From: Candidatus Omnitrophota bacterium
GTDB lineage: Bacteria > Omnitrophota > Gorgyraeia > Tantalellales > Tantalellaceae
Assembly (NCBI GenBank): GCA_043816025.1
Contig: JBDRIH010000048.1
Span: forward strand, 1-51,928
Direction of reading: 5' to 3'
Length of the DNA stretch: 51,928 nt
The notes beneath the pieces are model-generated. The model was not told the origin of the DNA. It ran no database searches and saw nothing but the letters and a program-made list of their open reading frames with translations. Both the position numbers and the translations under genes were made by a program. Positions 1 through 9,301 of this stretch are shown piece after piece; the first letter of the stretch is position 1, and the number at the start of each line of letters is the position of its first letter.

Positions 1-83
1 TGGACCATGTAAAAGGGATTTTGCAGGAATCACTTATCCCTCATTGATAGTAGAATGGTGTCAGATACTTTTTCCGTTCAGGA

Positions 84-230
84 GCGATTTTTTAACGCCA
101 AAGATCTTAATCATTTCGGCGTCTGCGGAACTCGTCCGCCTTCGGCGAACTCAAACAGTCCTCGCCGCCGGAAAGATTTATTCAATCTTTCCGGATTCCG
201 AAATGTTCAAGCTGCTTTGTCTAAAATCGC
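84..230 (-). repeat. Branched hairpin element carrying the CTGTTTGAG-stem-CGAGTT motif on the minus strand
   Basis: gcgatttt(84-91) pairs with aaaatcgc(223-230), catttcgg with ccgaaatg, and ccggaaagatt(168-178) with aatctttccgg(184-194). The reverse complement of 129-158 reads ctgtttgag-ttcgcc-gaa-ggcgga-cgagtt, the same motif as in the ~200-nt rod elements. Confidence 0.6.
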
Positions 231-283
231 AATTTCACTCTAAAGGCTCCAGATCCGTTCATTCTAAGAGAATTGGCCTTTAA

Positions 284-479
284 AGATGAAAAAGTCATGT
301 TCTGGATGAGCATTGCAGGATTTTAGCATTTTTACAACTTTTTAAAGGCTAAAGTGTAAATTACTGTGTGAGCACTTGATATCAAAGAGATCAAGTGCGA
401 GTTTAATTTACACCCTTTAAAACAGTTAGAAAAATGCGGTAATAAATCCTGCGCGAAGAAAGAATATGACTTTTTATCT
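284..479 (+). repeat. ~200-nt rod-like hairpin element, copy 1 (structured ncRNA or MITE/REP-like element)
   Basis: Nested inverted repeats along its whole length; near-identical second copy at 48743-48945 with compensatory base changes. Confidence 0.85.
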
Positions 480-614
480 ACGTGGTGAGGGGCTATTGGC
501 TGCAGGCTACAAAAAATCACTTATTTTTTTGCTTTTTGCGGCGAAATCATATATTATTATACATAGTATAATATTATTTTCATTATTATATCTGGGCGAA
601 ACGAGGAGGCACAG

Positions 615-848
615 ATGGAAAAAGACGTAGCGGTATTTGAGAAAAACAAGTATCAGGATGTAAAGGTTCGAATATCCGAGTACCAGGGTAACGATGTAAT
701 AGACATCAGGATCTGGACTCAACCTCCGCAGGGAGAAGAGAAGGTGCCCACGGGCAAGGGTGTAAACATAAACGTTAAACTTTTCCCGAAGCTTAAAGAA
801 GCGGTCGAGGCACTGGAGAAGGAACTAAAAGAAAGCAATATGCTTTAA
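615..848 (+). CDS. PC4/YdbC (transcriptional coactivator p15)-family ssDNA-binding protein
   Basis: 77 aa with the pattern SEYQG..IDIRIW...PTGKGV; RBS gaggagg upstream. Confidence 0.8.
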   Translation: MEKDVAVFEKNKYQDVKVRISEYQGNDVIDIRIWTQPPQGEEKVPTGKGVNINVKLFPKLKEAVEALEKELKESNML

Positions 849-855
849 GTTTGTT

Positions 856-1320
856 ATGGCGTGTAAGGGCAAGAAAAAAAATATGGAACAGCAGAACAGA
901 AGACGTTTTATAAGACACCTTCTCGTAAATCCGCTTGAATTCCAGATTGAAGAAGACGAGCAGTACGAGAAGACAGAAACTGTCAATGTTAGCGAGGGCG
1001 GTCTCATGTTCATGTCCAAAAAAAACGTGGCCGCCGGGACGATTATAAAACTCCAGATGCCCTTATACGATAAGGTTTTCAATATAAAAGCCAAGGTTAT
1101 GCATACAAAAGAAGACGCATCGACGAAACTGTACAGCATCGGCGTCGCGTTTGTCAATTACGCGGACGCGTTCAAGGTCAAGCTGATAGAGCAGATCTAT
1201 TTGATCGAAGAATATCGTGTTCTGCGTTCTTTGCAGTTGGGCCGAGAGTTTGATCTTAAAGAAGCTTCCGTAGAATGGATAAAAAGATACTCCGAGAGAT
1301 TTGAGAAACTTTACTGGTAG
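856..1320 (+). CDS. PilZ-domain protein (c-di-GMP receptor)
   Basis: RxxxR (RRFIR) and N/DxSxxG (NVSEGG) motifs; true start may be the later ATG (MEQQ). Confidence 0.8.
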   Translation: MACKGKKKNMEQQNRRRFIRHLLVNPLEFQIEEDEQYEKTETVNVSEGGLMFMSKKNVAAGTIIKLQMPLYDKVFNIKAKVMHTKEDASTKLYSIGVAFVNYADAFKVKLIEQIYLIEEYRVLRSLQLGREFDLKEASVEWIKRYSERFEKLYW

Positions 1321-1454
1321 TTAAGTTTTACCCCGCCGCGATATTAATCCTACAAAATTATTTTTTTAACCACAACATTATGTATTGTTACTATACTCCT
1401 ATATCTATATAGTGTAGGCTTTTTAAAAAATTTTAAAATGTCCAAAATACGTAT

Positions 1455-1483
1455 TTGACAAAAGATTTATTGTTATGTATACT
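1455..1483 (+). promoter_or_regulatory. Sigma70 promoter of the dcw operon
   Basis: TTGACA(1455-1460)-N17-TATACT(1478-1483). Confidence 0.8.
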
Positions 1484-1493
1484 TCCTTGATAT

Positions 1494-1520
1494 AAGTGGA
1501 TTAAAGTGGAGGGAAGTAGA
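1494..1520 (+). promoter_or_regulatory. MraZ-binding direct repeats
   Basis: AAGTGGA, AAGTGGA, AAGTAGA at 10-bp spacing directly upstream of mraZ, matching the known GTGG-N6 MraZ boxes. Confidence 0.75.
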
Positions 1521-1958
1521 GTGTTCTACGGAGAATATTTACATACACTGGACAAAAAGAAGCGATTGATCATACCGTCGCGATTTCGCGATGCCGTAAA
1601 AGAAATGTGTATAGAAAAGTTTTACATTACGCGCGGTCTGGACGAGTGTCTATTTATGTTTCCCGAGAACGAATGGAGAACGCAGGAAAACAAATTCAAA
1701 TCCATGTCTTTCACAAAAAGGGAGACGAGAAAATTCAACCGCTTATTCTTTTCAGGAGCTATTGAAGTCATCCCCGATAAGCAGTGGAGGATATTGATAC
1801 CTGACTATTTAAGGGAATACGCAAAGCTGTCAAAAAACATAATGATGATCGGTATCTCCAACCGCATAGAGATATGGGATAAGAATAAATGGGAAGATTT
1901 TTATAAAACCTCAAAACAGAGTTATGAAGAAATCGCCGAAGGCCTGATGGAGCTTTAA
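1521..1958 (+). CDS. mraZ: Division/cell wall cluster transcriptional regulator MraZ
   Basis: MFYGEYLHTLDKKKRLIIPSRFR N-terminus (GTG start at 1521); DKQWRILIP second repeat; IEIW motif. Confidence 0.95.
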   Translation: MFYGEYLHTLDKKKRLIIPSRFRDAVKEMCIEKFYITRGLDECLFMFPENEWRTQENKFKSMSFTKRETRKFNRLFFSGAIEVIPDKQWRILIPDYLREYAKLSKNIMMIGISNRIEIWDKNKWEDFYKTSKQSYEEIAEGLMEL

Positions 1959-1990
1959 AGGGTTTTTATATTTCATAGAGGGAGGTTCGG

Positions 1991-2182
1991 ATGTATAAAC
2001 ATTACGCTATCAAGTTTCACAAAAAACAGGTGGAGTTTATCAACTGCGTGAACATGGTGGAAAGGATAAAGAAGGCAAGAGCGCTTTCCTCGGGGATCCT
2101 GCACCTGGGGGTCAAGCGTTACGTTCTTTCATCATCCGGACTGGGTAAGAAAACATATATATCAATAAAGGATTGCACATAA
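1991..2182 (+). CDS. Small basic hypothetical protein
   Basis: 63-aa ORF with strong RBS (gggaggt); family not recognised. Confidence 0.5.
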   Translation: MYKHYAIKFHKKQVEFINCVNMVERIKKARALSSGILHLGVKRYVLSSSGLGKKTYISIKDCT

Positions 2183-2204
2183 ACGCGTAGCAGGCGGAGG
2201 ACAA

Positions 2205-2387
2205 ATGAAGAAATACCTGCAGGCATGCGAAATGGGCGGGTCGATTTACGGCAAAAAAAAGCCGGTTGATGAAAAATTCAAATCCGCCGACAGAAACGAG
2301 GTCAAGGAAGATCTTATGGGCGCTTATAGTAAATTTTATAAGCACCAGGTTGTCAGGATGAATAAACTCTTCCGGAGACCCGAATAG
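2205..2387 (+). CDS. Small basic hypothetical protein
   Basis: 60-aa ORF with RBS ggagg; family not recognised. Confidence 0.5.
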   Translation: MKKYLQACEMGGSIYGKKKPVDEKFKSADRNEVKEDLMGAYSKFYKHQVVRMNKLFRRPE

Positions 2388-2400
2388 GAAAGGACTTCTT

Positions 2401-3284
2401 TTGCATCTTCCGGTTCTTTTGCGGGAAGTCGTGGATCATCTTGACCTTGAACCCGGAGATGTTGTTCTTGACGCGACTTTAGGGGTGGGGGGCACGCGGT
2501 AGAGATATTGAAAAGAATAGTTCCCGGGGGAACTCTTGTGGCTGTTGACAGGGACCCGGAAGCTATTGAGAGAGTCAGACAGAGCCTCGAAGCCTTCAAG
2601 GAAGAGGTTATATACGTAAACGATGATTTTCGGAACATTGATAGAATACTGGAGAAAGCGGCAGCGCAAGGCATCGACGGCGCGATATTTGATCTGGGTA
2701 TATCCTCTTTTCAGATAGATGACGGGGCAAGGGGATTCAGTTTTTTGAAAGATGGACCGTTGGACATGCGGTTCGACATCCGCCAAGAACCCTCGGCCGC
2801 CGACGTTGTCAACAAGTTCGGCAGGGAAGAGCTTGCCGATATTATAAGAAAGTACGGGGAAGAGAGACACTCTAGATTGGCGGCGGCGGCGATTTGTGCG
2901 GCCCGGAAAAAAGCGCGGATCGAGACTACCGGCGAACTGGCGAATGTCATACTCAAAGCGCTTGGAGGCAAATACCGAAAACAGAGACTCCACCCCGCTG
3001 CTAGAACGTTTCAGGCACTAAGGATCTTTGTAAACGACGAGCTCGCCGCTGTGGAGGAGGCGGTAAGTAAAACGGTCTTACGTCTGCGTCCCCGGGGACG
3101 GATATGTGTTATATCGTTTCACTCGCTTGAGGACCGTATTGTTAAAAATCTTTTCCGCGATATGGCAAAGACTGGGGAGATTGCTGTTGTGACAAAAAAG
3201 CCTGTGTGTCCCGGCAGTGAAGAAATCAGGCGCAATCCGAGGTCCAGGAGCGCTAAACTGCGCACGGCGGAAAGAGTGAAATGA
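2401..3284 (+). CDS. rsmH: 16S rRNA m4C1402 methyltransferase RsmH/MraW, with a 1-nt frameshift at ~2482-2492
   Basis: TTG at 2401 (RBS aaagga) gives [27 protein letters not shown]. The frame then shifts in gggg-t-gggggg and continues HAVEILKR...DLGISS...[12 protein letters not shown]...[10 protein letters not shown]. Confidence 0.92.
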
Positions 3285-3643
3285 GAATATATAAATTTAT
3301 TTTTATAGGTATAATTATTACAATCATAGCGACAGGGTATGTGCATCAGCGCGTCGAGATCATAAAGGCAGGATATGACCTGCAAAAAACCAGAGAGTAC
3401 CTGACCCGCCTCGTTGACCAGAATTCAAAGTTAATGTATAATCTATCCAAAGTAGAATCCCCTAGATATTTACTTGCCTCGCTGAACAGTGAAGAGATAG
3501 AATTTGCGAATCATAGAACCGGACAGGCAGACAGATGCGAACTTACTCAGAAAGATTCCGGTAAAGGCCCTGCCATAGCGGGTTTTATCGGCAAGTTCTT
3601 TGATCTTTTCACTTTGAATGCCGAAGCTAGACCCCGTGAATAA
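3281..3643 (+). CDS. ftsL: Cell division protein FtsL-like
   Basis: One N-terminal TM helix plus coiled coil, located between rsmH and ftsI. Confidence 0.7.
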   Translation: MRIYKFIFIGIIITIIATGYVHQRVEIIKAGYDLQKTREYLTRLVDQNSKLMYNLSKVESPRYLLASLNSEEIEFANHRTGQADRCELTQKDSGKGPAIAGFIGKFFDLFTLNAEARPRE

Positions 3644-3664
3644 AACTGTGGCAGAATAAAGCTA

Positions 3665-5380
3665 TTGCGAGGGACAATGTTCAGGGCACGCCAGTATTTG
3701 GTGTTTTTCTTTTTAATATCGCTCCTTTTGTCGCTTTTTATCAGGCTGTTTTATCTGCAGGTTCTCAACTTCCATAGATTTTCAGATATGGCATCCGAAC
3801 AACATAACAGGGTGTTTAAGACGGAGCCGCGCAGGGGCACCATATTCGATAGGTATATGGAACCCCTGGCCATAAATCTGGATGCCCCGAGCGTTTATTG
3901 TGACCCCAGGAACATGAAGGATAAAGAACGAACATCCCAGGTCCTCTCGGAGATCCTTCATCTTGACCGCGGGAAGCTTCTGGAGAGGTTTAACAGGGAC
4001 AAAGCGTTCGTATGGGTAGACCGCAAAATCGATCCGGAAACAGCGGAAAAGATAAAAAAACTGAACCTGTCCGGCATACATTTTTTCGATGAAAGCAAGC
4101 GGAACTATTCAAGCGATAACATGGCCGCGCATGTCATAGGATTCGTTGGTATCGACAACGATGGTCTTGAAGGCCTTGAGCTATTGCTTGATGAAAAGCT
4201 CAAAGGAAAACCCGGATGGAAGCACCTGGTAAGAGACGCAAAGAAAAGGGCGGTTCTGTTTAATGAAGAGGAATCGGTGCCCCCGCAAAACGGGTATAAC
4301 CTTATCCTGTCGATCGACAGCGTAATACAGTATATAGCGGAAGAAGAATTGGCAAAGATGGCACAGAAGTTTCACGCTTCCGCCGCTTCCGTTGTGGTCA
4401 TGGACCCGTTTTCCGGGGAGGTTCTGGCGTTGGCGAATTACCCCGATTACGACCTTAATACTTTTTCCGAGGTGCCTAAAGAGGCCCTTAAAAACGAGGC
4501 CGTATCCAGTGTTTTTGAACCGGGCAGCGTTTTTAAAATAGTTACGGCCAGCGCGGCCCTGAACGAAAAGCAGGTGGACCTCGATGATCGGTTCTATTGC
4601 GAGAAAGGGGAATACAAGGCAGGGGGGAGGATATTGCATGATTTTCATCCTTACGGGGAACTCTCTTTCCGCGAGGTAATAATAAAATCCAGCAATATCG
4701 GAACAGTTAAAGTGGCCCAGAAGCTTGGTCAGGGTACGGTTTATGATTATATCCAGAGGTTCGGTTTCGGAGAAAAGACCGGGATCGATCTGCCGGGGGA
4801 GGTAAGCGGTATAAGCAGGCCCCCCGCGGTATGGTCACGCAGCGATATAACTACCATACCGATAGGCCAGGGCATAGCGGTAACTCCCATTCAGATGGCA
4901 TGCGCCATAAGCGTCATCGCGAACGGCGGGTATTTGATGAAGCCTTATGTCGTGGATAGAATAGTGACATGGGAAGGCACGCTGTACGAGAAATTTGGAC
5001 CTGAGATAAAGAATAGAGTTTTAGAAGAGGAAACCTGCGAGAAGATGAAGGGTATACTGCGGCGCGTGGTAACCGAGGGTACCGGCAAACGTGCCAACTC
5101 CAAACTATATGATACGTGCGGGAAGACAGGCACCGCCCAGATGGTCAATCCCGAGGGCGGGTACTATCCGGATAAATACAATGCTACCTTTATAGGGTTC
5201 GCGCCGGCGGGGCGGCCCGCCATCAGTATAGTTGTAACCGCGCGTGATCCGCATCCTGTCCATTTCGGCGGAAGCGTCGCCGGACCGACATTCAAAAACA
5301 TAGCGGAACGCGTGCTGCAGTATATGGGCTCTGATGTTGCAGTGGCCTCCGAAAAACAAGCGGAAACTGTAAAAAAATGA
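3665..5380 (+). CDS. ftsI: Class B penicillin-binding protein FtsI (PBP3)
   Basis: RG.I.DR, EPGSVFK (SxxK), SSN and KTGTAQ motifs; dcw position; alternative start ATG 3677. Confidence 0.93.
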   Translation: MRGTMFRARQYLVFFFLISLLLSLFIRLFYLQVLNFHRFSDMASEQHNRVFKTEPRRGTIFDRYMEPLAINLDAPSVYCDPRNMKDKERTSQVLSEILHLDRGKLLERFNRDKAFVWVDRKIDPETAEKIKKLNLSGIHFFDESKRNYSSDNMAAHVIGFVGIDNDGLEGLELLLDEKLKGKPGWKHLVRDAKKRAVLFNEEESVPPQNGYNLILSIDSVIQYIAEEELAKMAQKFHASAASVVVMDPFSGEVLALANYPDYDLNTFSEVPKEALKNEAVSSVFEPGSVFKIVTASAALNEKQVDLDDRFYCEKGEYKAGGRILHDFHPYGELSFREVIIKSSNIGTVKVAQKLGQGTVYDYIQRFGFGEKTGIDLPGEVSGISRPPAVWSRSDITTIPIGQGIAVTPIQMACAISVIANGGYLMKPYVVDRIVTWEGTLYEKFGPEIKNRVLEEETCEKMKGILRRVVTEGTGKRANSKLYDTCGKTGTAQMVNPEGGYYPDKYNATFIGFAPAGRPAISIVVTARDPHPVHFGGSVAGPTFKNIAERVLQYMGSDVAVASEKQAETVKK

Positions 5381-6840
5381 ATAACCCGATAGATACATTG
5401 TTTGACCAGGAAGGATTCGGCAGGGATAAAATAAAAACAGATTCCCGCGAGATCAAACCCGGTGATATTTTTGTGGCTATAAAAGGTGCCGCCCATGATG
5501 GTCACGATTACGTCCGCGATGCATTAAAAAAGGGCGCGGAGTGCGCACTGTGCGAACATGAAATTTCCGGACTGGCGGAAGAAGACCGCGAGAAAATCAA
5601 GATCTTCGAGGATACCCGGATAGTTTTAGCAGATATAGCCAAACATATTTTTGCGGATCCATCGAACTCTCTTTTCGTTTATGGCGTTACCGGGACAAAC
5701 GGGAAGACCACTACGATATTTCTGATAGACGGCATTTTGAACAATGCCGCCAGGCCCGCGGGGCTGGTGAGCACGGTCTTTACAAAGGTCTCGGGAGATG
5801 TTCTCGAACGAGCGTCCATCACCACGCCGGATTCAGTAACACTGAACCGGCTTTTAGGGGAAATGGTTTCCAGCGGCAAGCAAGCCGCGGCTGTCGAGAT
5901 GTCAAGTCATGCGCTTGACCAGAAGAGGACCTGGGGGATAGAGCTGGATAGCGCTGTTTTTACCAATATAACGCCTGAACACTTGGATTATCATGGGGAC
6001 ATGTCGACATACCTTAAAGACAAGTCCAAGATCTTTCAGAATCTAAAGCCGGACGGGACAGGTGTATTAAACCAGGACGACTCTATGGTGATAAGTCTGG
6101 CGAAAACAATTGATTTTCCTAAGCTTGTGACTTTCGGGATGACAGATAATGCAGATGTCAGGGCTAGGAACGTTCGCTTGTCTATAGAGGGAATAGAGTT
6201 TGATCTGGTTGCCGGAAAACTCGGATCCACACGTGTATGCAGCAGGCTTATCGGCAAACATAATGTCTACAACATATTAGCTGCGGTGGCGGCTCTTTAC
6301 GACAGCGGGTTGAGTCTGGACGAGATAAGAGAAGGACTGGAAAAGGCTACGGCTGTACCCGGACGCCTGGACGCTGTACGGGCGCAGGCGCCTTTTAAAG
6401 TTTTTGTGGATTACGCGCATACGCCGGACGCGTTGGAAAACGTTTTGCTGTGTCTCGGTTCTCTTGCTGCGGGAAAACTCATTTGCGTGTTCGGATGCGG
6501 CGGAGACCGCGACAGGACAAAAAGGCCCGTGATGGGTAAAATAGCAACCGGGATATGCGACCGCGTGATACTTACAAGCGATAATCCAAGGACGGAAGAC
6601 CCCCAAGAGATACTGCGCCAGATCGAAAAGGGAGTGCTTAATAAAAATAACTATAGTATAATAAAGCGAAGACAAGACGCCATCCGGGAATCCTTGAAGA
6701 CGGCCGGTGAAGGCGATATAGTGATCATCGCCGGGAAGGGACACGAAGATTACCAGATCATCGGAGATTGCAGGACACATTTCGACGATAAAGAAACCGC
6801 CGGCGAAGTTTTAAGGGAACTCGGATATAGTATAATATGA
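5377..6840 (+). CDS. murE: UDP-MurNAc-tripeptide synthetase MurE (meso-DAP type)
   Basis: GVTGTNGKTT, EMSSH, DYAHTPD, DNPR and AGKGHE motifs. Confidence 0.95.
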   Translation: MNNPIDTLFDQEGFGRDKIKTDSREIKPGDIFVAIKGAAHDGHDYVRDALKKGAECALCEHEISGLAEEDREKIKIFEDTRIVLADIAKHIFADPSNSLFVYGVTGTNGKTTTIFLIDGILNNAARPAGLVSTVFTKVSGDVLERASITTPDSVTLNRLLGEMVSSGKQAAAVEMSSHALDQKRTWGIELDSAVFTNITPEHLDYHGDMSTYLKDKSKIFQNLKPDGTGVLNQDDSMVISLAKTIDFPKLVTFGMTDNADVRARNVRLSIEGIEFDLVAGKLGSTRVCSRLIGKHNVYNILAAVAALYDSGLSLDEIREGLEKATAVPGRLDAVRAQAPFKVFVDYAHTPDALENVLLCLGSLAAGKLICVFGCGGDRDRTKRPVMGKIATGICDRVILTSDNPRTEDPQEILRQIEKGVLNKNNYSIIKRRQDAIRESLKTAGEGDIVIIAGKGHEDYQIIGDCRTHFDDKETAGEVLRELGYSII

Positions 6841-8213
6841 TCAGACTTACCGTAAAAGATATAGCCCGGGCAACAGGCGGCGAGCTGTTCTCAGAAGACG
6901 CCGAGGCCGTTGTCAGCGGTTTTTCCGTTGATTCCCGCACTATAAAGCGCGGGCAAATTTTTATAGCGATAGGTGGCAGTAAATTTAACGGGCATGATTT
7001 TATCAGGGATGCCGCCGAGAAGCACGCATCGGGCCTGATCGTCGAACATTCCGCAGGGGCGGCCTGCCGGGGATTAACTGAACATGTTGTTTGTGTCGAG
7101 AATACCCGTTGGGCCATGGGTATGATAGCGCGAGAGATAAGAAAGCGCGCAAGTATCCCGGTCATCTGCATAACGGGTACTAACGGGAAGACGACCGTAA
7201 AAGACATTTTATCTCATATCCTTAGCGCCAGGCATAACGTCCTGAGGAGCGAGAAATCATATAACAATATTATCGGGGTGAGTCTGACATTGTTCGATAT
7301 GGATCCGTCGCACGATGTTGCTGTCGTGGAACTTGGGGCCAATCATCCCGGCGAGATTTCTAAACTGGCGGGGATAGCCGGGCCGCAAACGGCTATCATC
7401 ACCAATATCGGTGACGCACACCTCGAAGGCTTTATCGACAGGGAAGGGGTCTTTGCCGAGAAGATAAGCCTTTTGGATTCTCTTCCCGCCCAAGGGACGG
7501 TGTTTTTGAACAAGGACGACCGTATGCTGGCAATGGCCGACACCGGAGGTATCGCGAGAAAATATTACGGAACGTCGCCCGACTGCGATTTCAAAATTAC
7601 CGATCTTGCAGAAGGACCGGACGGGTACGATTTCTATCTCAACGAAAAGAGTTTCTTTCTTCCAATGGAAGGCGTACATAACGTTTATAACGCGGCGGCT
7701 GCGATTGCCGCGGCCGCTTGTTTCGGTATGGATTACGAGGAAATACGGAAAAGCTTGAAGGAAGTTTCTTTGCCGAAAATGCGTCTTGAAAAGCTGAAGA
7801 TAGAGGGCCTGCTGTTCATCAATGATGCATACAACGCCAACCCCGGTTCTTTTGAGTGCGCGCTTGAGGTTTTGCAGCACAGCGCCTCAGGCGGCGGGAA
7901 AGGCGTGGTGGCGGGTGATATGATGGAACTGGGAGATAAGAGCGATGAACTTCACCGTATAATAGGAAGGAATATTGCCGGTAAAGATATAGATTTTCTT
8001 ATAACACTGGGAAGCAGGGCCAGGCATATTGCGGAGGGCGCGATTGAAACGGGCATGGAGAAGGATCGAGTTCTGTGCGCGGAAAGTCATGAAGACGCCG
8101 CCAGAATGATTTGGCAGGTGGCCCGTCCCGAAGCGGTAGTGCTGCTAAAAGGCTCGCGTGCGGCAAAGATGGAGGAAGTGCTTAAGTGTTTTACCATGTC
8201 CTGTATCCTTTAA
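6837..8213 (+). CDS. murF: UDP-MurNAc-tripeptide:D-Ala-D-Ala ligase MurF
   Basis: ITGTNGKTTVK, NN.IG, DAYNANP, GDM.ELG and LKGSR motifs. Confidence 0.95.
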   Translation: MIRLTVKDIARATGGELFSEDAEAVVSGFSVDSRTIKRGQIFIAIGGSKFNGHDFIRDAAEKHASGLIVEHSAGAACRGLTEHVVCVENTRWAMGMIAREIRKRASIPVICITGTNGKTTVKDILSHILSARHNVLRSEKSYNNIIGVSLTLFDMDPSHDVAVVELGANHPGEISKLAGIAGPQTAIITNIGDAHLEGFIDREGVFAEKISLLDSLPAQGTVFLNKDDRMLAMADTGGIARKYYGTSPDCDFKITDLAEGPDGYDFYLNEKSFFLPMEGVHNVYNAAAAIAAAACFGMDYEEIRKSLKEVSLPKMRLEKLKIEGLLFINDAYNANPGSFECALEVLQHSASGGGKGVVAGDMMELGDKSDELHRIIGRNIAGKDIDFLITLGSRARHIAEGAIETGMEKDRVLCAESHEDAARMIWQVARPEAVVLLKGSRAAKMEEVLKCFTMSCIL

Positions 8214-9274
8214 GGGAATTCTGGTTCGGATTCAATGTCTTTAGGTATATAACGTTTCGCGCCAGCATGGCCGCGGTTACGTCTTTTGCGATATGCGTTA
8301 TATTCGGCCCGGCGATCATAAAACAGCTCAAGAAGTTTAATATAAGCCAGTATGTTAGAAAAGAACATGTCGAGAGCCTGTACGATCTTCATAAACATAA
8401 GGAAGGCACGCCGACGATGGGCGGTCTTCTCATTATCGTTTCCGTTCTTGTCTCATCGCTTTTATGGTGCAGTTTTGATAATGATTACATCTTGCTTGCG
8501 CTTGCCGGCATGATATGGCTTGGGGTCATAGGGTTTTTGGATGATTTCATTAAACTCCGCAACAAAAACGCCAAGGGCCTGCAGGCGGTAACCAAGTTGA
8601 TAGGTCAGGCGATACTTGCCCTGATTATAGGCATTTTTGTTATCAACAATAAAGCCATAGGATCGGGCCTGTATATTCCGTTTATTAAGAACGCCGTAGT
8701 TAATCTCGGCGTTTTTTATATACTTTTTATCCTCTTTGTGATCGTCGGCACCTCTAACGCTGTTAACCTGACGGATGGTCTTGACGGCCTGGCGATCGGT
8801 TGCGTGACCTTTATCGCCCTTACTTATGCGGTTATCAGTTACGTTACAGGGCATGCGGAGATCAGCAGGTATCTGCAGATTTTTTATCTGCCTGGTTCGG
8901 GGGAACTGACGGTTTTTTGCGCGGCGCTGGCTGGGGCCGGACTCGGGTTTCTGTGGTTCAACAGCCATCCTGCCACTATTTTTATGGGAGATACCGGGTC
9001 TCTCGCTCTGGGCGGATCGATCGCGATCGTAAGCGTTCTGATCAAAAAGGAAATCCTGCTTTTTATCGCCGGAGGCGTGCTTGTCGCGGAGTCCGCGTCG
9101 GTTATCTTGCAGGTACTTTCGTTCAAGTTAAGAAAGAAGCGTCTTTTTCTCATGGCGCCGATCCATCATCATTTCCAGATAAAAGGATGGCACGAGTCCA
9201 AGATTACCATACGCTTCTGGATTATAGCGGCCATCCTTGCCCTTTTGAGTATGGCCACGCTAAAAGTTCGATAG
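8186..9274 (+). CDS. mraY: Phospho-MurNAc-pentapeptide transferase MraY
   Basis: TPTMGG, DDFIK, NAVNLTDGLDGL, FMGDTGS and MAPIHHHF motifs. Confidence 0.97.
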   Translation: MFYHVLYPLREFWFGFNVFRYITFRASMAAVTSFAICVIFGPAIIKQLKKFNISQYVRKEHVESLYDLHKHKEGTPTMGGLLIIVSVLVSSLLWCSFDNDYILLALAGMIWLGVIGFLDDFIKLRNKNAKGLQAVTKLIGQAILALIIGIFVINNKAIGSGLYIPFIKNAVVNLGVFYILFILFVIVGTSNAVNLTDGLDGLAIGCVTFIALTYAVISYVTGHAEISRYLQIFYLPGSGELTVFCAALAGAGLGFLWFNSHPATIFMGDTGSLALGGSIAIVSVLIKKEILLFIAGGVLVAESASVILQVLSFKLRKKRLFLMAPIHHHFQIKGWHESKITIRFWIIAAILALLSMATLKVR

Positions 9275-9301
9275 CAGCACGTAGTAGGGGCAATTTTTAC
9301 T

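Noticed and set aside
284-479. 6S RNA identity for the ~200-nt rod
   Set aside because: Size fits, but there is no large central bubble, and there are two copies plus relatives in the opposite orientation; an Rfam scan is needed to exclude it fully.
44-520. Short ORFs 44-283, 55-243 and 332-520
   Set aside because: They lie over hairpin repeats and show no recognisable protein features.
1365-1420. Possible NrdR boxes upstream of mraZ
   Set aside because: Poor match to the consensus in AT-rich sequence, and no ribonucleotide reductase genes nearby.
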